Part shown: piece by piece, positions 31,224 through 40,864 of the stretch
How the letters are laid out: each line of letters begins with the position of its first letter
Position numbering within the stretch: position 1 is the stretch's first letter
Assembly (NCBI GenBank): GCA_028345295.1
Contig: JAOMDA010000005.1
Coordinates: forward strand, 1,117 to 65,116
Origin: Candidatus Nitrosopelagicus sp.
GTDB lineage: Archaea > Thermoproteota > Nitrososphaeria > Nitrososphaerales > Nitrosopumilaceae
Reading direction: 5' to 3'
DNA: 64,000 nucleotides
The notes under the pieces: generated by a model
Told to the model about the DNA's origin: nothing
Seen by the model: the letters and a program-made list of their open reading frames with translations, nothing else
Databases searched by the model: none
Made by a program: the position numbers and the translations under genes

Positions 31224-32442
31224 GTTAGAATGGAAAAAAAATACGCTAGGTCAAAATGGCGTTCTAAAAAATGGTCTAAATTTTAATAGAACTCAAGAGG
31301 GAAATGGAATTCCAATCATCAAAGTCAAGGATTTCAAAGATAGAATGTTTGCGCCAAAAACCGGTCTTGATGAATTAAACACTAACAAAATAAAAATTTC
31401 AAATGACTACATTCTTGAAGAAGGGGATATCATAATTGTCAGATCAAATGGCAATAGACATCTAGTGGGAAGAAGTATTTTTTATGATAAACAAATAACT
31501 CCAACAACCTTCTCAGGATTTTGTATAAGATTTAGAGCTAATTTTCAAACTGTTAACCCAAAGTTTATCCTTTATTTTCTAAAATCATCAATATGTAGAG
31601 AACAATTAAGTCGATTTGTTTCTAGTACAAATATTCAAAGTATTAACCAAGAGATGCTATCAAATTTATCTCTATTATTACCTTCTTTGAAGGAACAAAA
31701 TAAAATTGTTAAAACCTTAGATGATTTAGATAATAAAATCAAAAACCTTCAAAACCAAAATCATACACTAGAACAAACTGCACAGGCAATCTTCAAGTCA
31801 TGGTTTGTTGATTTTGATGGAGTAACAGAGTGGGATGATTCCGAGTTGGGCAAGATTCCAAAAGGATGGAGCGTTGGAACCATTGGGGATTTTGGAGAAA
31901 TCATTACAGGGAAAACACCGCCTACAAAGAATTTAGAATATTATGGAAAAGAATATTCATTTATTACAATTCCAGACATGCATGATAAAACATGGATTCT
32001 TAAAACTGAACGGTATTTATCCGAGATAGCAAAAAAAGACTTTTCTAAATATTTTTTACCAGAGAATAGTGTTTTAGTAAGCTGTATTGCTACTGTAGGA
32101 TTGGTCTCATTAAATCACCATACTGCACTTACTAATCAACAAATTAATTCAATTGTCTGTTCAAAAAATATTCCACATACTTTTGTTTATTGCACAATGA
32201 CTAGATTAACAGACCAACTCATGACATGGGCATCTGGAGGAAGTGCAACTCCTAATCTAAATAAAGCTCATTTCAGTTCTATTTCAGTACTCATTCCACA
32301 TTCCAAGGTTTTAGAAAATTTTCATAACATAACAAAAAATTCATTTAAAAAAATTCAGAAAAATGCTGATAACATAATTCATCTCACTAAAACTCGTGAC
32401 ACGCTCCTTCCAAAACTAATGTCAGGAGAGATTCGAGTATGA
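31207..32442 (+). CDS. hsdS: Type I RM specificity subunit S1 (start TTG 31207 or 31213)
   Basis: Two TRDs; spacer LEQTAQAIFKSWFVDF..GKIPKGW; end TRDTLLPKLMSGEIRV. Confidence 0.93.
   Translation: MALKSKLEWKKNTLGQNGVLKNGLNFNRTQEGNGIPIIKVKDFKDRMFAPKTGLDELNTNKIKISNDYILEEGDIIIVRSNGNRHLVGRSIFYDKQITPTTFSGFCIRFRANFQTVNPKFILYFLKSSICREQLSRFVSSTNIQSINQEMLSNLSLLLPSLKEQNKIVKTLDDLDNKIKNLQNQNHTLEQTAQAIFKSWFVDFDGVTEWDDSELGKIPKGWSVGTIGDFGEIITGKTPPTKNLEYYGKEYSFITIPDMHDKTWILKTERYLSEIAKKDFSKYFLPENSVLVSCIATVGLVSLNHHTALTNQQINSIVCSKNIPHTFVYCTMTRLTDQLMTWASGGSATPNLNKAHFSSISVLIPHSKVLENFHNITKNSFKKIQKNADNIIHLTKTRDTLLPKLMSGEIRV
31267..31287. repeat. hsdS repeat A (21 bp), copy 1; copy 2 at 35530-35550
   Basis: aaaaatggtctaaattttaat identical in both hsdS genes. 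Confidence 0.85.
31742..31831. repeat. hsdS repeat B (90 bp, 3 mismatches), copy 1
   Basis: Aligned by hand to 36008-36097; looser similarity continues for about 40 bp. Confidence 0.9.
32389..32440. repeat. hsdS repeat C (52 bp, perfect), copy 1
   Basis: Identical to 36670-36721. Confidence 0.92.
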
Positions 32443-35400
32443 CACCATCAGAAATGAACGAAATTGAACTAGTAGAGATTCCAGCTCATCAAACATTCAA
32501 AGAATTGGGCTATGAAACACTAGAAGGAACAGACCTCAACGAAGAGAGAAAAAACTACAATGACGTCCTCTTATTGGACAGATTAGGCACAAAAATTCGT
32601 CAATTAAACCCAGATTTGCCTGAAATTGTCTATACCACAGCACTAAACCAGGTACAATCACTCACAAACCCAACCACAATAGAAAACAACCGAGAGTTTC
32701 ACCAAATGTTACTTGCAGGTGTAAAGGTGCCATTTCAATCAGAAGGCCAGACAAAATACTATGCTGTAAAACTAGTAGACTTTGAAGAACCAAACAACAA
32801 TGACTTTTTGGCTGTACGACAGTTAATCATTGAACAGCACAAACAGAAACGAACAGACCATCTCCTATACGTAAACGGACTGCCTCTCGTACTACTAGAG
32901 TATAAAGATCCAACTAACCAGTCTGCAGATATCGTCCAAGCATACAAACAATTGGGAACGACAAACTATCAAAAGTTCATTCCACGTTTATTCAATTATG
33001 TTTCATTTTTGATAATCAGTGACAAGACATTTGCAAGATATGGAACAATGACTGCACCGTTTGAAAGGTTTGCAGACTGGAATGACCCAGATGATCCAGA
33101 CAAAACAGTAGCAAACAGATTAGAAATGATGCAACGTCTAATGTTAAACAAGGAAACTCTACTAGAAGTAATACAGAACTATGTCGAGTATGAGTCAGAT
33201 GGAAATAAAACAATCAAAAAAATTGCACAGCAACATCAGTACATGGGAGTAAAGGCAGCAGTAAAGCGCACCTTAGAAGTACATCCACAAACTGGAGAGA
33301 ATAGAATTGGTGTCATCTGGCATACCACAGGAAGTGGCAAGTCACTAACGATGATTCTTTATACAAACATCATCTCCCAAATAAAACAATTTGAAAACCC
33401 AACCTTTGTTGTCCTAACCGACAGAAAAGATTTGGACGAACAGCTTGGTAATTTCTTTGAGGTTGCAGGATTTCCATATCCAAAACCAAAGACTGCAATA
33501 CAGGAAGCAGATTCAATAGTTGACCTAAGAGAAAAGTTGGCAGTGCCAGCTGGAAAAATAATTTTCACAACAATACAAAAGTTCCAAACAACACAAGACG
33601 AAAAAGACGGAATGGCAAAGTATCCGTTAATCTCAGACAGACGAAACATCATCATCATAGCAGACGAGGCACACCGCTCACAATACAAGACTATGGCTCA
33701 AAACTTACAGCGGGCGCTCCCAAATGCCCTAAAAATCGGCTTTACAGGCACGCCTATCGAAAAGGAGGACAAGTCAACCACGCACGTATTTGGCGAGGTA
33801 TTATCGGCATACAGGATTAGCGATGCAGTGAGAGATAGGGCAACAGTAGAGATTACCTGTCAAGGCAGGCAGGTTCAACTCCATCTACAAAATAAAATGA
33901 TTGGTGCAGATTTTGATAAAATTACCGAAGACCTGGATCCAGATGTAGTAGAAAATCTATCACGAAAGTGGTCTGAGCTTAAAACACTGCTTGAAGACCC
34001 AGAGCGGTTAGATCTAGTTGCCAAAGATTTGGTTGAACATTTTACAGAAAAACAAAAGGTACTCAAAGGAAAGGCGATGCTTGCTGCATCAACAAAACTG
34101 GCAGCAGCTCGATATGCAGATTTAATCTCAAATATTCCAGGCGCTCCAAAGTGTACATGTATCATATCAGGTATTGCACAACCACTCCCTGATGATGCAT
34201 CTGAAGAAAAAAAGAGTCGCGAACAAGTGGTATCAAAACACTACAAATCAAAAGCAGAGATGGTGGAGCTTATTCAACAGTTCAAGGATGAAAATAACGA
34301 TTTACAACTATTGATAGTCTGTGACATGTATCTCACAGGATTTGATGCACCAGTTATGCATACAATGTACATTGACAAGCCATTACGAGATCACAATCTG
34401 ATTCAGGCTATATCTCGTGTGAACCGTGTCCACAAGGACAAGCCAAACGGAATGATCATTGATTATATTGGAATAACTGATGATTTGAAATCGGCATTTC
34501 GCTCATACAATGATTCGGATGTCAAGGGCGCGATGGTTCCGACTGATGAAATCATCTTGTACATGCAAAACAAGCATCTCGAATTGTGCAGTTTCTTTAC
34601 GGGAGATATTGGTTCAGACAAGCCATATGGACAACGAAGACAGGGCTCATACATTGATGATGCAATTGAGGAAATAATTGATGACCTAGATGTTAGAAAA
34701 AAATTCATCAAAAATGTTGCAGAACTGACAAAGGCATATGCAGTGTGTACACCACATCCTGCATGTCAGGAAGTTGAAGATGATTTGCGATTCTTCCAAC
34801 TGATGCGCAGAATAATGTCAAAATCCATAGCAGGAATACTGTATACTCCGCCTGAAAAAGAGGATGCCATTAGGGATTTGGTAGAGGAGGGAATTGACGC
34901 TGATGAGAAGATTCGGTTCTATGACATCAAGTATGACGATGAAAAGATTGATCTCAACAAGGAATACATGGAAAAGATAAAGCAAATCTCTCAAAAAAAT
35001 CTAAAGATGGAATTAGCATACAAGTTGCTAGATGATGCCATCAAAGCACGTCTGAAAGGAAACCTCACAAAACAAAAGTCATTTCAGGAAAGAATTGAAA
35101 AGACACTATCAAAATATCACGGCAAGTTTGTAACGCTTGACACAGCATATCCAGAGTTTGAAAGTGTTGCATCTGATGTAACTGCCGAGGCAAAACGAAC
35201 CAAAGAGTTGAAGATGACTGATGAGGAGATTGCGTTTTATGATATTATCATGGCAGGAAGAGAATATCTAGAAAATGATACAGTTGCACGAAAGATTGCA
35301 ATTGATGTTGTTGATTATCTAAAAAAGAACCTAAAGATTGACTGGCTAAACCAAGATCATGTGAAAGCCGAGATTAGAGTTGGTGTAACAAAATTACTGC

Positions 35401-35498
35401 TAAAAGAAAACTTTCCAGTAGATGAGATTGAAAAGGTCATCCCTGTGATAATGCAGCAGACAGAAAATAATTATCAAGAGGTCGGATTTGAAATCTAA
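32439..35498 (+). CDS. hsdR: Type I RM restriction subunit
   Basis: RTDHLLYVNGLPLVLLEYK nuclease motif, HTTGSGKS, DEAHRSQY, GFTGTP, LTGFDAP. Confidence 0.96.
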   Translation: MTPSEMNEIELVEIPAHQTFKELGYETLEGTDLNEERKNYNDVLLLDRLGTKIRQLNPDLPEIVYTTALNQVQSLTNPTTIENNREFHQMLLAGVKVPFQSEGQTKYYAVKLVDFEEPNNNDFLAVRQLIIEQHKQKRTDHLLYVNGLPLVLLEYKDPTNQSADIVQAYKQLGTTNYQKFIPRLFNYVSFLIISDKTFARYGTMTAPFERFADWNDPDDPDKTVANRLEMMQRLMLNKETLLEVIQNYVEYESDGNKTIKKIAQQHQYMGVKAAVKRTLEVHPQTGENRIGVIWHTTGSGKSLTMILYTNIISQIKQFENPTFVVLTDRKDLDEQLGNFFEVAGFPYPKPKTAIQEADSIVDLREKLAVPAGKIIFTTIQKFQTTQDEKDGMAKYPLISDRRNIIIIADEAHRSQYKTMAQNLQRALPNALKIGFTGTPIEKEDKSTTHVFGEVLSAYRISDAVRDRATVEITCQGRQVQLHLQNKMIGADFDKITEDLDPDVVENLSRKWSELKTLLEDPERLDLVAKDLVEHFTEKQKVLKGKAMLAASTKLAAARYADLISNIPGAPKCTCIISGIAQPLPDDASEEKKSREQVVSKHYKSKAEMVELIQQFKDENNDLQLLIVCDMYLTGFDAPVMHTMYIDKPLRDHNLIQAISRVNRVHKDKPNGMIIDYIGITDDLKSAFRSYNDSDVKGAMVPTDEIILYMQNKHLELCSFFTGDIGSDKPYGQRRQGSYIDDAIEEIIDDLDVRKKFIKNVAELTKAYAVCTPHPACQEVEDDLRFFQLMRRIMSKSIAGILYTPPEKEDAIRDLVEEGIDADEKIRFYDIKYDDEKIDLNKEYMEKIKQISQKNLKMELAYKLLDDAIKARLKGNLTKQKSFQERIEKTLSKYHGKFVTLDTAYPEFESVASDVTAEAKRTKELKMTDEEIAFYDIIMAGREYLENDTVARKIAIDVVDYLKKNLKIDWLNQDHVKAEIRVGVTKLLLKENFPVDEIEKVIPVIMQQTENNYQEVGFEI

Positions 35499-36723
35499 AA
35501 CCGTATTATTATCTGATATTGGAGAATTCAAAAATGGTCTAAATTTTAATCGTAATGATTATGGAACTGGATATCCAATAATTAATGTAAAACAACTTTA
35601 CAAATCACGATTTGCATCAACAGAAAATCTTTTAGAGATAAAAAGTGATTTTAATAAAAACATTGAAAGTTACTTTGTAAAGAAAGGCGATTTACTCTTT
35701 GTAAGGGGATCTATGGTTCCCGAAGGTGCGGGACAAGTAGCATTGGTTAATGAATTCAAAGAAAAAACTGTTTTTAGTGGATTTATTATCAGATTTCGAA
35801 TTACCGATAAAAGAAAAGTTAATCCATTATTTTTAGAATATTTACTTGGTTCGCCTGAGTATAGAGAAATGTTTGTAAGAATTGCATCTGGCAGTGTACA
35901 TTCCAATATGACTCAAGACATTCTAGGTAATATTCAAGTAGAATTACCAGATATTTTAATCCAAAATCAAACCACAAAAATTCTTGATGATCTAGATACT
36001 AAAATCCAAAACCTTCAAAACCAAAATCGTACACTAGAACAAACTGCACAGGCAATCTTTCAGTCATGGTTTGTTGATTTTGATGGAGTAACAGAGTTTG
36101 AAGATTCAGAATTGGGTAAGATACCAAAAGGATGGAGTGTAGAGAAATTGGGTAATATTTGTAATGTTAAAAGTGGAAAGAGATTACCAAAAGGAGAAAA
36201 GCTAGTTGAAAATAAAACATCTCACCCATACATAAGAATAAGAGATTTGAAGAATGGAACTATAAATCAAGAGAATCTCTTGTATTTAGAGAAATCAATA
36301 TTTGAACAAATTTCAAAGTATATTATAACAAGTAATGATCTTTACATCTCTGTTGTTGGAACTATTGGGTTAGTAGGATTCGTTCCGGAGAAACTTGATA
36401 ACGCTAATCTTACAGAGAATTGTGATAGACTCACAGATTTTACAGATGTCAAAAAGGAATTCATATATTATTTTTTAAATTCACAATGGGGTAAAAATCA
36501 AATAAAAAAGCTCACAGTTGGAACAACTCAATCAAAATTGGCGTTACATCGAATAAAAGATATTGAATTTATATTACCTTCAAAACCCTTGATAGAAAAA
36601 TTTTCTATCACTTCAAAAAATATAATTTCTATTCTTCAAAAAAATCATAGCAGCATTAATTCTCTAACAAAAACTCGTGACACGCTCCTTCCAAAACTAA
36701 TGTCAGGAGAGATTCGAGTATAA
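35488..36723 (+). CDS. hsdS: Type I RM specificity subunit S2
   Basis: Same conserved spacer and tail as S1 with different TRDs. Confidence 0.93.
   Translation: MKSKTVLLSDIGEFKNGLNFNRNDYGTGYPIINVKQLYKSRFASTENLLEIKSDFNKNIESYFVKKGDLLFVRGSMVPEGAGQVALVNEFKEKTVFSGFIIRFRITDKRKVNPLFLEYLLGSPEYREMFVRIASGSVHSNMTQDILGNIQVELPDILIQNQTTKILDDLDTKIQNLQNQNRTLEQTAQAIFQSWFVDFDGVTEFEDSELGKIPKGWSVEKLGNICNVKSGKRLPKGEKLVENKTSHPYIRIRDLKNGTINQENLLYLEKSIFEQISKYIITSNDLYISVVGTIGLVGFVPEKLDNANLTENCDRLTDFTDVKKEFIYYFLNSQWGKNQIKKLTVGTTQSKLALHRIKDIEFILPSKPLIEKFSITSKNIISILQKNHSSINSLTKTRDTLLPKLMSGEIRV
36008..36097. repeat. hsdS repeat B, copy 2
   Basis: 87/90 identical to 31742-31831. Confidence 0.9.
36670..36721. repeat. hsdS repeat C, copy 2
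   Basis: Identical to 32389-32440. Confidence 0.92.
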
Positions 36724-36753
36724 TACTACAGTAATACTCGAGTAATACTAGTC
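36721..36753. repeat. Three TAATACT heptamers at an exact 11-bp period
   Basis: Starts at 36721, 36732 and 36743. Confidence 0.8.
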
Positions 36754-36802
36754 ATTTTTAATCTCCAGCGAACTAATATTCTTGAATTTACAAACTAAAT
36801 CT

Positions 36803-37216
36803 ATGGTAGAACTTAACGAAACCACCAGACACCTAATAACAAACTGCATGATTAAAAGATTCTCAACCAAAGAATCCTTAGACTATCTAAAGAAAAACAA
36901 AATCGACATTAGCGAGAGAACATTTCGCAGATACAAGAACAAAATTTTAGAAATTAAAAATTCACTTGAAGATTACTGGCTAGAAAACTTTCAAATTGAA
37001 AAATTTCAAAAAGTTGAAACAAAAAAGACAGTCTTGGAACAATTCTGGAAATTACTAAACGAAACTACGAAACCTTCAGAGAAACTTGCAATTCTTAAAG
37101 CAATAGAAAAGACATCTGATGAACTACCAACTGAAGTTTATAGAATTGATTCAGGTGACAATCGAGTTCGTCGAATACTTGAAGAACGAAACGGTCAAAA
37201 TTCATGCCTAGAATGA
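36803..37216 (+). CDS. Hypothetical protein with an N-terminal HTH-like motif
   Basis: STKESLDYLKKNKIDISERTFRRYKNK; ATG 36803 or TTG 36782. Confidence 0.65.
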   Translation: MVELNETTRHLITNCMIKRFSTKESLDYLKKNKIDISERTFRRYKNKILEIKNSLEDYWLENFQIEKFQKVETKKTVLEQFWKLLNETTKPSEKLAILKAIEKTSDELPTEVYRIDSGDNRVRRILEERNGQNSCLE

Positions 37217-37230
37217 CCAATTCTAGGTCA
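37207..37230. other. Two overlapping inverted repeats at the right island border
   Basis: cctagaat-gacca-attctagg (37207-37227) and tgacc-N7-ggtca (37214-37230). Confidence 0.45.
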
Positions 37231-37267
37231 AATTATTATATTGATCATACTATTGATCCGATCACTA

Positions 37268-37666
37268 ATGTCTGAAATCGAACTGCCAATAGAACTCAAA
37301 AGAATAATCCTAGATGGAGCCGAAGAAACCAAACTCGGAGACAGAAAGGGTGCAACAAAACAATACAGAAAGGGAAACTTGCACATCCGAGAATACGAGG
37401 ATAAATTTACAGTTCATACGGACAGGGTAGACCCAAGAGAGGATCCAATTGGCCATTTAATTTACGACGCACAAGAAGTTCTAATCGGACTGGCAGGTGC
37501 TGCACTTGGGGGCGGAATGATAGGCGCATTAATTTACAAATTAAAAAACGACTCTAAATTCAAAAAAGAAAAAGCAGTTGCAGGAGGATTAATTGCATCA
37601 GTTGTTGCAGGCTATGCATCATATTACATTTCAAAAAAGCTAAAGGAGAAAATGAATAATGGATGA
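37268..37666 (+). CDS. Conserved hypothetical protein with two C-terminal TM helices
   Basis: QYRKGNLHIREY..HTDRVDPREDPIGHL; glycine-rich TMs. Confidence 0.7.
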   Translation: MSEIELPIELKRIILDGAEETKLGDRKGATKQYRKGNLHIREYEDKFTVHTDRVDPREDPIGHLIYDAQEVLIGLAGAALGGGMIGALIYKLKNDSKFKKEKAVAGGLIASVVAGYASYYISKKLKEKMNNG

Positions 37667-37796
37667 AAAAATAGCAATTCAAAAGAAAATTGACTTTATT
37701 GCATCTGAAATAAGAGAGTATAGAATCCAGCTTCACAAGCTAAACAAGGAACTGCAAGAAGCAGTAGAAGAGCAACAAAAGCTAAAGGAGAAATAA
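37659..37796 (+). CDS. 45-aa coiled-coil microprotein
   Basis: Translated by hand: MDEKIAIQKKIDFIASEIREYRIQLHKLNKELQEAVEEQQKLKEK; fills the gap exactly. Confidence 0.65.
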   Translation: MDEKIAIQKKIDFIASEIREYRIQLHKLNKELQEAVEEQQKLKEK

Positions 37797-37797
37797 A

Positions 37798-39348
37798 TTG
37801 GTCATACTGCGAACTATTCAGGTATTTTTCAAATTACTACCATCAATTCTTGCCTTGAAAAAAGACAGGAAAATATGGATTGCAAACGAAAAAAAAGACA
37901 TTGATCAGGAACAGTTCAGAGGACATGCAAGAAGAATTCTAAACACTTGTGTATCTTTAGGACCAGTCTACATCAAGTTTGGTCAGTGGCTCTCATCAAG
38001 GGCTGATATCCTACCCCAGCCATATCTGGAAGAATTATCAAAATTACAGGACAATGTTCCAGCTGAATCATTTGAAAGAGTAAGACCGGTCATCGAAAGA
38101 GACATTGGCAAAATTGATGAGAAATTTGAATCACTTGATGTAAACGCATTGTCTGGCGCATCGTTAGGTCAGGTGTACAGGGCAACAAAGAACGGTCAGC
38201 AGGTAATTGTCAAAGTAAAGCGCCCAGGAATTGAGAAAATTGTAGAAAAGGACCTCAATGTACTCATGAAAATTATTCCATTTGCCATGAGGTTTGTAGA
38301 TCCAAATTTGAAATTTTCAATTATACCAATCATGAAGCAGTTTGTAGAGTCGATGCATGAGGAATTAGACTATTCAAAAGAGTCTGACAATCTAAAGACG
38401 ATAAAAAAGAACATGGCAAAATATGACAATGTAGTCATTCCAAACGTCCATGATGACTATTCTACAAAAGACATACTCACAATGGAGTACATTCCAGGAA
38501 TAAAGATTACAGATGTCAAATCACTAGATGAAAAGGGCATTGACAGGCAAAAACTGGTAGTCGATGTACACAAGGTTTTCTTTACAATGCTTTTGAGGCA
38601 TTCAATATTTCATGCCGATCCACATCCAGGAAACATCTCAGTCAGAGACGATGGTACTCTCATTTTGTATGACTTTGGAATGATTGGAAGACTAAATGAC
38701 GAGACCAGACTGCGACTTGTAAGATTGTACCTTGCACTAGTTGAAAAAAACCCACCAAGAACTGTCAATGCAATGGATGAACTTGGAATGCTGGCACCTG
38801 ATTATAACAGACAAGTAATTGAGAAGGGAATTGAAATGTCAATCAAATCAATGTATGGTCAAAAGCCCGATGAGATGGAAGTTGAGGCGCTGATGAACAT
38901 GGCAAATAAAACAATGTCAAAATTTCCATTCAAACTTCCAAAGCACCTGGCTCTATATCTGAGAATGTCAACCATAATAGAAGGAATATACCATACACAC
39001 AAAGTTGATTTCAAATTCATCAAAGTACTAAGAACAATTTTAGAAGAAGAGTCACTAATCAAAGATGCGTATATTGAAGAAATAAAGAAATCATTTTCGC
39101 GCTTTGCAAAATCAGTGGAAGACACAATCACAATTGCACCTGAGATAAAAAAATTCATGGATGAAAACCGCGTCTTGCAGCAACAGATGAAGCAAAAATC
39201 AAATGCAATGCTTTCAGGCAGTATAGTGTCATCTGCAGTCTTTATTGGCTCTGCATTTTTGTTTCAGACAAATGAGACATTTGGAATAGCAGGAATGATC
39301 GCATCAGTTGCAATTTTTGGCATTTTTGCCTTATTCAGGAAGAAATAA
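37798..39348 (+). CDS. ABC1/UbiB-family atypical kinase
   Basis: LGPVYIKFGQWLSSRAD, ASLGQVY, VIVKVKRP, HADPHPGN, YDFGM. Confidence 0.93.
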   Translation: MVILRTIQVFFKLLPSILALKKDRKIWIANEKKDIDQEQFRGHARRILNTCVSLGPVYIKFGQWLSSRADILPQPYLEELSKLQDNVPAESFERVRPVIERDIGKIDEKFESLDVNALSGASLGQVYRATKNGQQVIVKVKRPGIEKIVEKDLNVLMKIIPFAMRFVDPNLKFSIIPIMKQFVESMHEELDYSKESDNLKTIKKNMAKYDNVVIPNVHDDYSTKDILTMEYIPGIKITDVKSLDEKGIDRQKLVVDVHKVFFTMLLRHSIFHADPHPGNISVRDDGTLILYDFGMIGRLNDETRLRLVRLYLALVEKNPPRTVNAMDELGMLAPDYNRQVIEKGIEMSIKSMYGQKPDEMEVEALMNMANKTMSKFPFKLPKHLALYLRMSTIIEGIYHTHKVDFKFIKVLRTILEEESLIKDAYIEEIKKSFSRFAKSVEDTITIAPEIKKFMDENRVLQQQMKQKSNAMLSGSIVSSAVFIGSAFLFQTNETFGIAGMIASVAIFGIFALFRKK

Positions 39349-39430
39349 CATAACCCAATCTTAGATTCTAGCCTTTTGTACTGATCGCCAGCTTTAAACA
39401 ATTTCTAGTGGTAATTATGGTGTCGTTGAA

Positions 39431-39550
39431 ATGTCAGAAACTAAGGTAAAAAAATCAAAGAATGTCAAAAAGGAAGTTGAAGAGGAAATAAATGACGAGG
39501 AACTGACACGTTTAGATCGATTGAAAACTGGTAGAAGAAACTTTTCTTAA
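39431..39550 (+). CDS. 39-aa charged microprotein
   Basis: Translated by hand: MSETKVKKSKNVKKEVEEEINDEELTRLDRLKTGRRNFS. Confidence 0.5.
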   Translation: MSETKVKKSKNVKKEVEEEINDEELTRLDRLKTGRRNFS

Positions 39551-39552
39551 TT

Positions 39553-40017
39553 TTATTTTCTTTGTTTGATTCTGCGTTCCATTCGAAGTTTGCCTTGCTC
39601 AAATCTCTTTTTGTCTTGTTTTGATTTTACCACAAGTTTTGGTATCTTAACTGGTTTTCCCTTTTTGTCCAGTGCGACAAATGTTACAAATGCTGTTCCA
39701 GTTAAAACACGTGTACCTTTTTGGATGTCTTCTGCCTCCACTTTAACTTCTATTTCCATTGATGATTTTTGGACATAGTTGATTCGTGCATTTAGAAATA
39801 GAACATTTCCTACCAAAACTGGCTTTAAGAAACTGATCTTGTCCATGGAGACAGTCACTGCGTTTGTCTGACTATGTCTCTGGGCAACAATTCCTGCAAC
39901 CATGTCAATGTGGCGTAAAATTACACCTCCAAATACGTTTCCTGCTGGATTTGCATCAGACGGAAACATTCGAATTATGACTTCTGCCTTAGAGTCATCA
40001 GGTATTTTAGTAGTCAT
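39553..40017 (-). CDS. Acyl-CoA thioesterase (hotdog fold)
   Basis: FPSDANPAGNVFGG, VTVSMDKISFLKPV, FVTFVALD. Confidence 0.9.
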   Translation of the reverse strand: MTTKIPDDSKAEVIIRMFPSDANPAGNVFGGVILRHIDMVAGIVAQRHSQTNAVTVSMDKISFLKPVLVGNVLFLNARINYVQKSSMEIEVKVEAEDIQKGTRVLTGTAFVTFVALDKKGKPVKIPKLVVKSKQDKKRFEQGKLRMERRIKQRK

Positions 40018-40072
40018 CCTGAAAAACAAAATAACCTCTATAGTATTAATATTAAGAATCTGTACTACATGT

Positions 40073-40318
40073 ATGGACGACCCAACAGGTGGAATGTGGA
40101 TTTACCTTATCTTCTTTCTAATTCCACTTGCAAGAATACTTCCTAGAATGATAAGAAAATTCAAAAACAAAGCCTCCCCTGAAGGACAACCAGAAAAATT
40201 TGAAGAAAAGGCAATGTGGAGATCAGAACCACCAAAACAGCAACGTGAGCCATTCTTTGAAGAAAGACCACCAAAGAAAGATGAAGGTTGGTTAAACAAA
40301 GACGACTTTGAAAAATAA
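40073..40318 (+). CDS. 81-aa membrane-anchored hypothetical protein
   Basis: MDDPTGGMWIYLIFFLIPLARILP; ATG 22 nt after TATTAATA. Confidence 0.6.
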   Translation: MDDPTGGMWIYLIFFLIPLARILPRMIRKFKNKASPEGQPEKFEEKAMWRSEPPKQQREPFFEERPPKKDEGWLNKDDFEK

Positions 40319-40378
40319 GATATATCTTCTATATTGGATTGGGTAAAGCCTTTATTTTGTGAAATTTATAATATTTTC

Positions 40379-40825
40379 ATGGGAATAAAAAAAATCCTAG
40401 TTGCACTTGACGGCTCTGAAAATTCACAAAGAGCATTGGAAATGGCAGTTGATCTTGCAAAAAGACCAAAGGATGAGACTTTTTCTACAAAGGCAAAGAA
40501 ACAGATTCTCTCACCTAGAAAAATATTAGGAGTCTATGTAAAACCATGGTTGCAGGAATTTGATGAAAAAGAAGATCGACTCTTAGAAACTGCATTTCAT
40601 TTTGCCAAAACTAAATGTGAAAAAAATGGAATAAAGTTTACCTCAGAGATTAGAATTGGAGATGCAAAATCAGAAATTGCAAAATTTGCAAATGATACAA
40701 GTTACAAAATAGATATGGTTGTATTAGGATCAAGAGGAAAAGGTTCCATTGCAGAGAAATTTATGGGAAGTGTCTCAAATTATGTCTTACACAAAAGTAA
40801 GATTCCAGTTCTTGTTGTAAAATAA
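40379..40825 (+). CDS. Universal stress protein (UspA family)
   Basis: KKILVALDGSENS, DMVVLGSRGKG..GSVSNYVL..PVLVV. Confidence 0.92.
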   Translation: MGIKKILVALDGSENSQRALEMAVDLAKRPKDETFSTKAKKQILSPRKILGVYVKPWLQEFDEKEDRLLETAFHFAKTKCEKNGIKFTSEIRIGDAKSEIAKFANDTSYKIDMVVLGSRGKGSIAEKFMGSVSNYVLHKSKIPVLVVK

Positions 40826-40864
40826 CCATATATTTTTAAAAACTATCAGACTCAGAATATTTTC

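Larger units (their letters stand above)
25731..37230. other. Defence island (nuclease, helicase-nuclease, type I RM, HTH gene); no integrase present
   Basis: Cluster of DNA-targeting genes between pyrH and core hypotheticals; borders approximate. Confidence 0.55.

Noticed and set aside
31207-36723. Invertible hsdS shufflon
   Set aside because: All shared repeats are in direct orientation and no recombinase is encoded nearby
25731-37230. Provirus or integrative element
   Set aside because: No integrase, transposase, capsid or replication gene, no flanking tRNA, and no matching att pair at both ends
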